Origin: the human T2T-CHM13v2.0 reference genome, Homo sapiens
Strand: one strand, 5' to 3'
Assembly: GCF_009914755.1 (NCBI RefSeq)
Contig: NC_060928.1
Length of the DNA: 64,000 bases
Part shown: positions 17,146 through 30,221 of the stretch, in pieces
Position numbering within the stretch: position 1 is the stretch's first letter
Layout of the letters: each line of letters starts with the position of its first letter
Position numbers and translations under genes: made by a program
Notes under the pieces: generated by a model
The model's input: only the letters and a program-made list of their open reading frames with translations
Database searches by the model: none
What the model was told of the DNA's origin: nothing

Positions 17146-18037
17146 AATAGGATTGTTTTATGTGTAGTTTTGCCTACTCTAGTTTAGACCCCTCAAAATA
17201 AAATAAACTTTCCTTGTCAACCTACCCAGCTCTTCTCAGCCACTTCTCTTTGCATGGACACTGAATTTTCTTTCCTGCTATATCAGCTAAAATATTGTTT
17301 ATTCATTTTTTAACATTTTATTTTAGACCCTGATATCTAGGCATTCTTTGGGTTTCAAAAATCTTCCCATGTTAGTGTCATAATTAGGCTTGGGATTTCA
17401 CCTGAGATATTCCCTTTTTGATTGAGGAAATGGACCATTTGATTTTCCTGTCCAAAACCTTTACCCTCTATTTTCAAGATCAAAAAAAAAAAAAGAAAGA
17501 GATGTCCTTGAGGTTGGGCAAGAAGGTGCAGCGGCCTTTACAGAGGCATTTTGATACCATGGAGTGGATTGCCTCAAGAGGGCCTCTGTTCTCCTTAATG
17601 CTTCATTTGAGCCGTTTCTAAGATAGTGGTGCTCCAATGTCACACCTTGGGAATGAAGGACCCTGACCCTAAGCCCAGGCTGTACTTCCATCCCTATCTT
17701 TGTCCAAATGCATTCGTATTACATTTTTTTCTTCTTGACCCTTTGCTTCCTCCGTCCTCTTTCTATTTTTAGCCCAGCCCCTTAATGCCTGGGCTTATTT
17801 CTCATTCCTCTCAGTATTTCTCTCAATCAGCACCTCAGAATCATTATTCAGCTCTTTTGAGAGTCTTTTTCAAATTCTTCCCTAGAACATGGGCTGGATT
17901 CTACCAGTGCTTCCTGACTTGGAGTTTCTCGGTAATAAAGGTCAATATATTCTTAGCTGAATTTCAATAAGAACTTACAGGCTATCTGAAATATTTATGC
18001 ACTTTCAAGATATGTATTGGATTTGTTTAATTCACAA

Positions 18038-18310
18038 TAGTGGGTTGAAATTCATGCCTACCCAGAACCTCAGAATGTGATCTTATTTGGAAATAGATGT
18101 AATTATGATCAAAATGAGATTACACTGGATTAGGGCAGGCCCCAAACTCAGTGAAAGTATCCTTATAAGACACAGGCAAGGACCCACACACACAGAGATA
18201 TGAAGGCAGATATTGGAGAGATGCTGCCACAAGGGAGATAATAAATACTTTGTTGTTTTAAGCTACCAAGTTGGGGGCATTTTGTTTTGGCAGCCCTAAG
18301 TAACTAATAA
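18038..18310 (+). mobile_element. MLT1 (B/C-like) LTR, internally deleted
   Basis: agaacctcagaatgtgatcttatttggaaatag..gttgttttaagctacc..gcagccct. Confidence 0.8.
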
Positions 18311-18469
18311 TATTTAATATGATGCACAGCTAGTTATTTCATGACAATCAGAGTCTCAGATAGGTTATACATATATATCATTTATTAATAAAAAATAAAA
18401 TAGTTCCTATGCTACTGTGATTATATATGATGCTTAGTAACTTGTCGTCCAATAGGACTGAGGAGTACA

Positions 18470-18697
18470 ATATCTCACAGTAGTTAAGAGCCCAGAGGCT
18501 ATAGCCAGACTGTGCGGATTCAAAATACAATTCTTAATCCTGGGCAATTTGTTTTAACACCTCTGTGCCTCAGTTCTCTTACCTGCTAATGGACGATAAT
18601 AGTACTTACCTTGTAGGTTGTTGTAAAGGTATGGTTAAAATATGGTAAGCACTTAGAACTGTACCTAGCATATAGTAAATGTTTGATACTATTATAA
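18470..18697 (+). mobile_element. MIR
   Basis: tagttaagagc..cctctgtgcctcagtt..gataatagtacttacc..gcacttagaac. Confidence 0.8.
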
Positions 18698-19480
18698 TTT
18701 CATGAAGATATTAATCTTCAATGCTTCCTTATTATTAGATTTATTATATATTACTCAACATGTAAATTGGGTAATAGCTATTGTGTGTAAAGTGCACAGA
18801 TAACATGGGTTGGTGAGCAGGGACCTGCCTACCTCAGGTAATTTTGTTTTACTGTAATACACAATAAACTAAGAGATTAAAATTTTCATTGAATATATAG
18901 ATTGTTAATAACCTAATATTATTAATATTGAGCCTAAAATAATATTATTTGCATTATTCTACCATTTATAGATTAAATAGCACTGTTAAATTTTCCATGA
19001 TATTCTAGAATGGCAGATTCAGGTAATCAAACAAAATGTTTCCAATTCATTTTGTATTTCACTGCGCTGTACAATGGGATTTATTTTGGAAAAAGTATAA
19101 TTTTGAGGGTAAGAAGAAAATCTTCTCCTTAAGATCATATAAGACTGTTCTGAAATATTATACTTATATATGTAATAACCTTGTAGCTTTGTGGGTTTTT
19201 TGTCTTAACTGGTACATTTAGTATTCTTCTCTACTGTGATATTGATGCCTAATATTCAATCTCACTTCAGTCTAGTTCACTTTTGAGTTTTCTAAATATA
19301 TTTTTCCTTTCCTTCTATTTAGTTGTGATTCATTTCACTCACATAATTAAGCTTCTGTGCGATCTTTACTACCCAGAAACCCATTAGATAGTAATATTAG
19401 TGAGCCTGTACTTCAAATATTTCAGTGCTTGGAAACTACACACAATATTTGATAATCTGCTGAACACTTACCGTATTTAA

Positions 19481-19606
19481 ACCATTTATGCCAGAAATCG
19501 CAATTTTTTGTGGAAAATCAGACCTTGTTGATGACCTTGTACAGTAGGATATAAATAACTCCCTTAAGCTTAACGTTCCAATAATGGAACACTAGGCATA
19601 AGTGGG
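19481..19606 (-). mobile_element. MER85 (PGBD3 piggyBac-derived MITE)
   Basis: TIRs aCCATTTATGCC / GGCATAAgTGGG with TTAA on both sides (19477-80, 19609-12). Internal GTTCCATTATTGGAAC palindrome and GGAGTTATTTATATCCTACTG on the minus strand. Confidence 0.9.
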
Positions 19607-19634
19607 TTTTAAGCACATTACTAGTTTCTTTATA

Positions 19635-19861
19635 CAGTTGATCTTTAAACAACATGGGTTTGAACTGCTTGGGTTCACTTATATGCAGATTTCTTTCAAC
19701 CAAACTTTGTAAATAGTGTTCACAGGATGTGAACATATAGATGTCTGGCTTTTTACCTAGGCAGATTCCACAGGGTCAACTGCCGGATTTGAATATGTAC
19801 AGATTTGGGCATATGTAGGGCATCTTGGAACCGATTCCCCACATATACTGATTGATGACTG
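19635..19861. mobile_element. MER8 (Tigger-family MITE)
   Basis: TA|CAGTTGATCTTTAAACAACATGGGTTTGAACTG..TGGAACCGATTCCCC..GACTG. Confidence 0.8.
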
Positions 19862-19901
19862 TGTGTGTGTGTATTTTCTTGTTTGTTTGTTTGTTTGTAT
19901 T

Positions 19902-20561
19902 TGTGATGGCTAGTTTTATGTGTCAACCTGACTGGGCCACGGGTGCCAGGCATTTGTTTAACCATTATTCTGGGTGTTTCTGTAAGAGTGTTTATGGAGG
20001 AGATTAATGTTTGAATCAGTAGACGGAGCAAGGCAGATTGCCCTCACAGATGTGGGTGGGCCTTATCCAATCAATTAAAGACCTCAACAGAACAAAAAGG
20101 CTGAGTAAACTTGGCCTGACTGACTGTTGAGCAAGGACATCAGTCTTCTCTTCCCTCAGACTTGAACTGGAATGATATCATTGGCTCTTCTGGGTCTCCA
20201 GCTGGCCAACTGCAGATGTTGGGACTTCTCAGCCTCTATAATTGCATGAGCCAATTCCTTATAACATCTCTGTGTGTATATGTGTGTGTATATATAGATG
20301 TACATAAATGTGCATATGTGTACATATACATATATGTACATACATGTACAGAAATGTATATATACATGTGTGTATATGTACATATGCACACATATGTGTA
20401 CATATGTATGTATACACATATATACATAGACATACATATATGTACATATATACACATACATAAGTATATATATATACATATATACGTACGTGTGTGTGTG
20501 TGTGTGTATATAAAATGCATGTGTGTGTGTTCTCTTTCTGTAGAGAACCCTGATTAATACA
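19902..20561 (+). mobile_element. MLT2 (B/C/D-like) ERVL LTR with an expanded internal microsatellite
   Basis: TGTGATGGCTAGTTTTATGTGTCAACCTGACTGGGCCAC..GAGAACCCTGATTAATACA. Confidence 0.88.
20270..20530. repeat. Compound (TA)/(TG)/(CA) microsatellite
   Basis: About 260 bp of nearly continuous alternating purine-pyrimidine sequence. Confidence 0.95.
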
Positions 20562-20591
20562 GCAATGCAATGCTTTTGCATGTTTGGCATG

Positions 20592-20965
20592 TGTGTTGGT
20601 CCATTTTCATACTGCTATAAAGAACTACACAAGACCAGGTAATTTATACAGAAAAGATGTTTAATTTACTCAGTTCAGCATGACTGGGAGGCCTCAGGAA
20701 ACTTACAATCACGGGAGAGGGTGAAAGAGAAGCAAGGTATGTCTTACATGGTGGCAGGAGTAGAGAGAGCGAAGGGGGAACTGCCAAACACTTTTAAACC
20801 ATCAGATCTCATGAGAGCTCACTATCATGAGGACAGCTTGGGGAGACTGACCTCATGATCCAATCACCTCCCACCAGGTCTCTCCGTCAATATCTCCACA
20901 ATTTGTAATTGGGGAATACAATTCAAAATGAGATTTCGGTGGGGACACAGACCCAAACCTTATCA
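20592..20965 (-). mobile_element. THE1 (D-like) solo LTR
   Basis: GGCCTCAGGAAACTTACAATC..GGGGACACAG..TATCA. Perfect 5-bp TSD GCATG (20587-91, 20966-70). Confidence 0.92.
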
Positions 20966-20970
20966 GCATG

Positions 20971-21100
20971 GTAATCTTTATTTTACAGACTAGAAAATTG
21001 AAGCTTCTTCAGAAAAGTTGTAATCCTAAATTCACATAACAAATAGATAGTGGGTCTGGAGTTTCAACCTAGGTCTGCATGATTCCAAAGCCCCTACAGT
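20971..21100 (-). mobile_element. MIR
   Basis: attttacagactagaaaattgaagct..tcaacctaggtctg..ttccaaagcc. Confidence 0.65.
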
Positions 21101-21570
21101 CTCCACCTCAGCAACAACACCTCAGGTGTTGAATTCACAACACCTGCTCAAGTGAGCGAGCACTTGGAGCTAGTCTTGAATTTACTCCAAAACATATTAG
21201 CTCATGAAACATTTCCCCACAGAAGACTAATTGTCTTTGAGAAGTCACACATCTTTCTACACTCATATTACACAGCTCCTTAATTCCATTCTTAGTTCAT
21301 GTGGCCTGCATTCTCTGGAAGTGTACTGCAGTTCAAGGATGAAGGGACAAAGTCAATTTATCATTCACTGTGTTTTATTCATGCAGTCTGCTTTCACCCC
21401 CAGAAATAGATAAAAATTGGTACTATTTATTATTCTTAAAAATTCCATATATTCTCCTTGAATCTACAGTATTCAAATTCATAAATAATTCCACTGCTTG
21501 ATCTGAACAATGGTGAGGGGACTTTCAATGACAACTTTTTATGAAAAATAATTAATCAAGATCACCACAC

Positions 21571-23813
21571 ATAAACAGAACTAAAGACAAAAACCACATG
21601 ATTATCTCAATAGACACAGAAAAGCCCTTTGATAAATTCATCATCCCTTCATGTTAAAAACACTCAATAAACTAGGTATTGATGGAACATACCTCAAAAT
21701 AATAAAAGCAATTTATGACAAACTCATAGCCAATTTCATACTGAATGGGCAAAAGCTGGAAGCATTCCCTTTGAAAACCAGCACAAGACATGATGCCCTC
21801 TCTAACCACTCCTATTCAGTATAGTAATGGAAGTTCTGGCCAGGGCTATCAGGCAAGATAAATTAGTAAAGCGCATTAAATTAGAAAGAGAGGAAGTCAA
21901 ACTGTCTCTGTTTGCAGATTAAATGATCCTGTATCTAGAAAACCCCATCATTTCAGCCCAAAGGCTTCTCAAGCTGAGAAGCAACTTCAGCAAAGCCTCA
22001 GGATACAAAATCAGTGTGCAAAAATCACAAGCACTCCTATACACCAACAATAGACAAGCAGAGAATCAAATCAAGAATGAACTCCCATTCACAATTGCTA
22101 CAAAGTAAATGAAATACCTAGTAATACAGCTAACAAGGGAAGTGAAGGACCTCTTCAAGGAGAACTACAAACCAGTGCTCAAGGAAATCAGAGAGAACAT
22201 AAACAAATAGAAAAACATTCCATACTCATGGATAGGACGAATCAATATCATGAAAATGGCCATACTGTGCAATGTAATTGATAGATTCAATGCTATTCCC
22301 ATCGAACTACCATTGGCATTCTTTATGGAATTAGAAAAACAACTACTTTAAAATTCATATGGAACCAAAAAAGAGCCTTTGTATTCAAGACAATCTTAAG
22401 CAAAAAAAAAAAAAAACAAAGCTGGAGGCATCACGCTACCTGATTCAAACTACACTACAAGGCTATAGTAACCAAAACAGGATGGTACTGGTACAAGAAC
22501 CAGACACATAGACTGATGGAAGAGAATAGAGAACTCACAAATAAGACTGCACATCTACAACCATCTGATCTTTGACAAACCTGACAAAAACAAGGAATGG
22601 GGAATAGATTTCCTTTTTTTCCTTACATCTTATGCAAAAATAAACTCAAGATGGATTAAAGACTTAAATGTAAAACCCCAAACTATAAAAAACTTAGAAG
22701 AAAATCTAGGCCATACTATTCAGGACATAGGCATGGGCAAAGATTTCATGACAAAAACACGAAAAGCCATTGCAACAAAAGCAAAAATTGACAAATGGCA
22801 TCTAATTAAACTAAAGTGCTTCTGCGCAGCAAAATAAACTACCATCAGCATGAACAGACAATCTACAGAATGAGAGAAAATTTTTGCAATCTATGCATCT
22901 GACAAAGGTCTAATATCCAGAATCTATAAGGAACTTCAACAAATTTCCATGAAAAGAACAGACATCCCTATTAAAAAGTGAGAAAAAGGCATGCACAGAC
23001 ACTTCTCAAAAGAAGACACTTATGTGGCCAACAAACATATGAAAAGAAGCTCAACATCACTGGTCATTAGATAAATGCAGATCAAAACCACAATGAGATA
23101 CCATCTCACTCCAGTCAGAAAGGTGATTATTAAAAAGTGAAGAAGCAACAGATGCTGGCAAGACTGTGGAGAAATGGGAATGCTTTTACACTGTTTGTGA
23201 AAATGCAAATTAGTTCAACCATTGTAGAAGACAGTGTGGTGATTCTCCAAAGACCTCAAGACAGAAATATCATTTGATCCAGCAATCCTATTACTGAGTA
23301 AATACCCAAAGAAATGTAGATCATTATATTACAAAGATACATGCATGTGTATGTTCATTGTGGCACTATTCACAATAGCAAAGAGATGTAGTCAACCCAA
23401 ATGCCCATCAATGATAGACTGGATAAAGAAAATGTGGTATATATACACCATTGAATATTGTGCAGCCATAAAAAGGAATGAGATCATGTCTTTACAGGGA
23501 CATGGATGGAGCTGGAAGCCACTGTCCTCAGCAAACTAATGCCGGAGCAGAAAACCAAACACCACATTTTCTCACTTATAAGTGGGAGCTGAACAATAAG
23601 AACACATGGACACAGGGAGAGGAACAACACACATTAGGGCCTCTCAGTGTGGTGGAGGGAGGGAGAGCATCAGAAAAAAATAGCTAAAGCATGTTGGGCT
23701 TCATACATAGGTGATGGATTGATAGGTGCAGCAAACCACTATCACACACATTTACCTATGTAACAAACCTATACATCCTGCACATATATCCCAGAATTTA
23801 AAATGAAATAAAA
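21571..23813 (+). mobile_element. 5'-truncated L1PA (about PA13-PA16) with decayed ORF2 and 3' UTR
   Basis: RT-region peptide [18 protein letters not shown] and other ORF2 fragments, plus 3' UTR and A tail. TSD AAGATCACC(A/T)CAC (21558-70, 23814-26). Confidence 0.95.
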
Positions 23814-25137
23814 AAGATCACCTCACTTGCAACTTACTTATAGTATACAGGACGCTTGTGAGTCTAAATATTATTTCAAGATCTATGAATCTTCTTTGTG
23901 CTTCTGTTCTTACAATTCCAAAATCGACTCATTTCTTTGTTTCTTTTAGTTAATAGAACGTGTATTTTTTCATGAAGATGAAATTATTGCTACTTGTTTT
24001 CTATCTGTTTTGCCAGTCATTTAACATCTTAAACAGTTTTGATGCCCTTCCATGTTGTATCTTTTATTATTCAGTTTTCATTTCCAATGGACTAGGTTTG
24101 AGCTCTGCCTTGAAATAATCTTGCAATTGTTATTGACTCCCTTTTGCAAAATTAATCTAATCTGTTTTTGGCCGACTTCCAGGGCAGCTATTTAAGCAGC
24201 TATTGGCCAGGTTTTATTGCCTCCTGGCTTTAATTCATTTTCATACAGGTGTACTCCATTTCTGTTTAAAAGGGATCAAGAATATCTTCAAACTAAGAGC
24301 TCCCCTCCTTTGGAATCCTGTCACTGACTATTATATATATGGCACCCTTTCATCTTCAAAAGTAAAAATAACCCAAAAAGCCACCTTAAAATGCTTCTTT
24401 TTTTGTCAGCAAAAACTCACTCCAAGAACTATTTCGGTTCTATAAAGCTCTTATTGTCTTCAATTACTGCTTTTTCTTCTTCTTCTTCTTCTTTTTTATC
24501 TTTTGGTGTACTCTCTTGCTGTGTCCTGATCCCACTCTTAGGGATATTCTGTGAGGTCACCTGCTTTCCAGTCTCACTCTTTCAATCCTTTATGAGCTAG
24601 CAGGGCTTAACAAAAGAAAACCATTTAATAGTTTTGCTACCTAATCTTAACACCTTATTTTTCAAAGGGGTTTCTTACAAATGCTTCTACTTCTTATCAG
24701 ATCTGAAGGAAAGAGTATCTCAAAGAGCAGCCCTTAAGCACTTGCCAATTAAATCTGGGCTATCTCCTATAATGTTTTTGAGCTCTTTTTGAAGAAAGAT
24801 TTCTCAATGCCTCAGATCTGTTAAATTGCACTCTTTATATTACCATTAATGCCACAAGGGGTTTGTGACCTCTGAATAAGTTTTTTGAGATGAATTTTCA
24901 TAGCATATATGACTTCAATTTTAAATTCGTCAGTCTTTTTTCCTGTACAAGAAAATGGGAAGAAAGAGTATTCCATTTTCTGAAACAAAAGCCTATATAT
25001 AACATATACTTTAGTTTTACAACCACTCAAAGCTTATGGAAAATACAGGAAACCTCATGTAACATTTTTGCAAAGGATCTCAGAATAGCAAAAGAATATG
25101 CAGAAGGTGTCACTGAAAACAGCACTTACATCCTAAA

Positions 25138-25501
25138 ATTATTAGTCCATTTTCATACTGCTATGAAGAAATACATGAGACGGTGTAATTTATAAAGAAG
25201 AAGAGGTTTAGTGGACTCAAAGTTTCACATGGCTGGGGAAGCCTCACAATCATGGTGGAAGGTGAAGGAAGAGCAAAGGCATATCTTACATGGCAGCAGG
25301 CAAGAGAGCATGTGCAGTGGAACTTCCCTTTATAAAGCCATCACATCTCGTGAGACTTATTCATTATCATGAGAACAGCATGGGAAAAACCCATCCTCAT
25401 GATTCAATTACCCTCCATTGGGCCCCTCCCACAACACGTGGTGATTATGAGAGCTAAAATTCAAGATGAATATGGGGTGGGGACACAGCTAAACCATATC
25501 A
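25138..25501 (-). mobile_element. THE1 (B/C-like) solo LTR
   Basis: ATTAGTCCATTTTCATACTGCTATGAAGAAATAC..GGGGACACAGCTAAACCATATCA. Confidence 0.92.
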
Positions 25502-25919
25502 GACCCCTAAACCACAGAGCATGTCATATAATGTCTGTTTAACATACTGTGTTATAAGTGCTCACGCTTTGTTAGCTGAATAAAGAAGTGATATGGATTC
25601 AAAATTTTAAATCCAAGAACAGTATGTGATTATTCCCCACTCTTATGAGCAAGAGGCATCTATCTGTTTTAACACAGTAATCTTAGTGAAATAAATACTA
25701 AAAGACAATCAAGAGAAGACCTCTACTTCTGGAAAGATAAAGTAGATACATATTTTTCTTTATTCCACCTGCTAAATACACCTAAAAATTTTCAATAGTG
25801 TACATAAAAACAAACATAAGAAGATTGAGAGGTAGAGCAAATGAAACAAACCATTCAGGGACCATAGGACCTAAGGAAGGACTCGTTTTCTTTTTGCCTC
25901 ATGTATCCTAGAGAGCCGG

Positions 25920-26280
25920 TGTATTAGTCTGTTTTCATCCTGCTATAAAGAATTGACTGAGACTGGATAATTTATAAAGAAAGCAGGTTTAATTGACTCA
26001 CAGTTCCACATGGCTCAGGAGGCCTCAGGAAATTTATAATCATGGTGGAAGAAGAAGCAGTCACGTCTTACATGGCGGCAGGTGAGGGAGAACATGGAAG
26101 AGCAGGGAAAACTGCCTTATAAACCATCAGATCTCATGAGAATTCACTCGCTATCATGAGAACAGCATGAAGGAAACTGCCTCCATGATTCAGTCACCTC
26201 CCACTAGGTCTTTCCCTCAACACCAGGCAATTATGATTCAATGTAAGATTTGGGCGGGGACACAAAACCTAACCATATCA
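25920..26280 (-). mobile_element. THE1 (D-like) solo LTR
   Basis: TGTATTAGTCTGTTTTCA..AACCATATCA. TSD gccgg/gctgg (CpG decay). Confidence 0.92.
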
Positions 26281-28393
26281 GCTGGCAACCTGGGAAAGCC
26301 TCAGCATAAACCTGCTCCCTCTAGCCAAAGGACCAGAAAAAGGGCAGTCTTGCAAGACAAAAGTCTTTTAGACAATAATGACTCTACTCCAGCTAAACAT
26401 TACAGAAAAAACTGTGACCCTACCCTGACCCATGCCAGAAAAGGCTGAATGGATATCCTAGAGAGCCATCCATCCCAGGCTGTAATGAAGTGCCCCAACT
26501 CACCTGCTGATATGGTGACAGAGAAGGTTGAGCAGGGAGTGGAGACTTTCTTCTTCATAGAGCAGTGACAGGCACATTCTTCCTCACAGGAGAGTAACAG
26601 CCCCCATCCCACAGGAGTCAGGAGAGATCATCTGTGGAACCTGGACCTCCCCCAACACTTTCTTTCTCCTCCTCTCTGGGGTGTTGTCATAAGAGGTGTA
26701 GTGGAAAGTCAGGGCTTCCACTACCAACCAGAAATAATGAAGCAACTTCCTTATCCCTTGTGTTATCAATGAAGGTTGTTTGGAGAGGTAGTAAGACACT
26801 CCTAACCCTCCCAGCCAGGGAGGTCTCAGTGGAGGTCTAGTGAGTAACTAAAATTTCCACTTCTGGCTAGGAGCAAAGAGGGAGAGCCCCCTGTCTTAAT
26901 TATCAATGAAGGCCAAGTTGAGAACCTGAGCTTTTACCTTTGCCTGGAAGTAATGTAGTAAGATCCCCTTTCCAACTGTCAGAGTGGTATCAGAGAAAGC
27001 CAGCTAAACTAGAAGGTTTAAATAAGATCCAGAATTGATAATATGGTACCCAGAATGTCTAGGATTAATTTAAAAATCGCTCATTATTCAAAGAATCAGA
27101 AAGATCTCAAACGAATGGAAAATAAAGATAATAAATAGATGCAACATTGAGAAGACAGAGATGCTAGAGTTATTTGATAAATGTTTTAAGGCAGTTATTA
27201 CTTTTTGACTCTCCCTTCTCCTCCCTAAAGTAGTTATTTTAAAAGACCTTCAAGGAGTAATTATGAACATACTTAAAACAAATGAAAAAATAGAGTCACA
27301 GCAAAGCAATTGAAAGTATCAGCAAATGAGTAGGAGATATAAAGAAGAACCAAAGAGAAATTTTAGAACTAAAAAATACATTGAAAAAACTGAAAAGATT
27401 AGCAGAATAGAGAAAACAGATGAAGGAATTATGGAACTATAAGATAGAACAATATAAATTACCCAATTTGAACAACAGAGAGAAAGACTGAAAAAAAATG
27501 GATAGAGTTTCAGGCACTTTGGAATTGTAACAAAAGGTCTAACTTTTGTGTCATAGGAATCCCAGAAGGAGAAGCAAGAGAGGGCAGGGCTGAAAGAACA
27601 CTTGAGTATAAAATAATGGTTTAACGGTTCCCAAATTTGGCAAGAGTTATAAACCTAAAGTTTTAAGAAGTAGAGCAATCCCCAAACAGTGTAAACCCAA
27701 GCCGATCCACACTAAGATATCTAGCAAAACTTCTGAAAACTAAAGATTAAAAAACATGAGTGAGAGAGAAAAAAACACCTTATCTGCAACGGGAAAACAT
27801 TTTGAGTAACAAGGGATTTCTTATTAGAAACCATAAAGACTAGAAGGAAGTGGCACAACATTTTTTATGCCCAGTGAAAATATCTGTCAGGAATCAAGGG
27901 GGAAGTTAAGACATTAGAGATTGGAAAAAAAATAACTAAGAGAACTTGTGGTCAGGAGAACTAATCTAAAGTAGTGACTAAAGATGTTCTCTGAACAGAA
28001 AAGAAATGATTCAGGCAGAATCATTGGAAAATCAGGAAAAGAGATAAAACATGGTAAACAAAATATGAGCAAAAACAACTGATTTTCTTTGTGTTTTTTA
28101 GTTTTTGAAAATGAGGATTGATGCAAAATTTATGACACTATTTGATGTGGTTCTAAGACTGTATTAGAAAAAAACACAATGATTTTATAAGTGGAAGAAT
28201 TTAATGATTTTATAAATGGAAGAACACAAAGGAAGGCAAGTTTTTTACACCTCACTTGGGCTGATAAAATGATGACACCAGTAGATTGAGATAAGTTATG
28301 TATATATAATGCAGTACCTATGGCAACCACCGCAAAGGTTTACAAAGAGGTGCATTAAAAAATAAGTTAAAATGAAATTCTAAAAAATGTTGA

Positions 28394-29180
<787 letters not shown>

Positions 29181-29435
29181 GTAAATTCACCAATTAAAGA
29201 CAAAGATTAGCAGCATGAATTAAAAAACATGACCCAACTCTACGCTTTCTGTAAGAAACTGACTTCGTTTATAATGGCATAGGTTGAAAGTAAAATGTTG
29301 GAAAGAGATCTGTCATGCTAGAACAACTAAGCAGAAAATCAGCAGGCTATAAAAGAACTCAAAAACATCGTCAACTAACAGAATCAAATTGACATTTAAA
29401 GAGCGCTTTATCCAATATCGGAAGAACACACATTA

Positions 29436-30221
29436 AAGTAGCTACCTCCCCTTATCTGCCATTTCATTTTTCACAGTTTCAGTTACCTGCAGTCAACCGC
29501 ATAGTCTGAAAATATTAAATGGAAAATTACAGAAATAAACAGTTTGTAAGTTTTAAATTGTGTACCATTCTGAGCAATGCGATGAGACCTCATGCTGTCC
29601 TATTCATCATACCTGGGACATGAATCAGCCCTTGGACCAGCGTAGCCATGCTACCTATTTGTTATGTTACCTGTTTGTTAGTCGCTGATTAGGTGTCTCC
29701 TGTATCAGATCAACTGTAGCACTGTTGCAGTGCTTGTGTTCAAGTAACCCCTATTTTTACTTAATCATGGCCCCAAAGCTCGAGTGGTAGTGTTGGCAAT
29801 TCAGATATGCCAAAGAGAAGCTGTAAAGTGCTCCCTTTAAATAAAAAGGTCTGTAAAGTAAAAACTGACTTAAGTCAATTTGACTGTAAGTAAAAATTGA
29901 CTTAATAAGGAAAAAAAAATATATGCCGAGGTTGCTGAGATCCACGGTAAAAACAAATCTTCTATTCATGAAATTGTAAAGAAAGAAAAACAGTTTGTGC
30001 TAGTTTAGCTGTTGCATTTAAACCGCAAAAGTTACAGCCAAAGTGATAATAAGTGCATGATAAGTGCTTAGTTAAGATGGAATAGCCGTTAAATTTGTGA
30101 ATGGAAGACATGAACACAAACATGTTCTAATTGAAGGCAATCAGGGTCAGTACTATCTGCAGTTTCAGTCATCAACTGGGGGTCTTGGAACGTATTCCTC
30201 ATAGATAAGAGGGGACTACTG
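29436..30221. mobile_element. MER44 / Tigger7-family element (MER44C/D-like)
   Basis: Termini agtag..ccccttatc and gataagaggggactactg, flanked by TA. Internal AAATATTAAATGGAAAATT. Confidence 0.82.

Noticed and set aside
20156-20590. Four overlapping Y/I/H/C/V-rich ORFs
   Set aside because: They are translations of a dinucleotide microsatellite that lacks stop codons.
25225-25245. PRDM9 hotspot 13-mer in THE1
   Set aside because: The minus strand reads CTTCCCCAGCCAT, which does not fit CCNCCNTNNCCNC.
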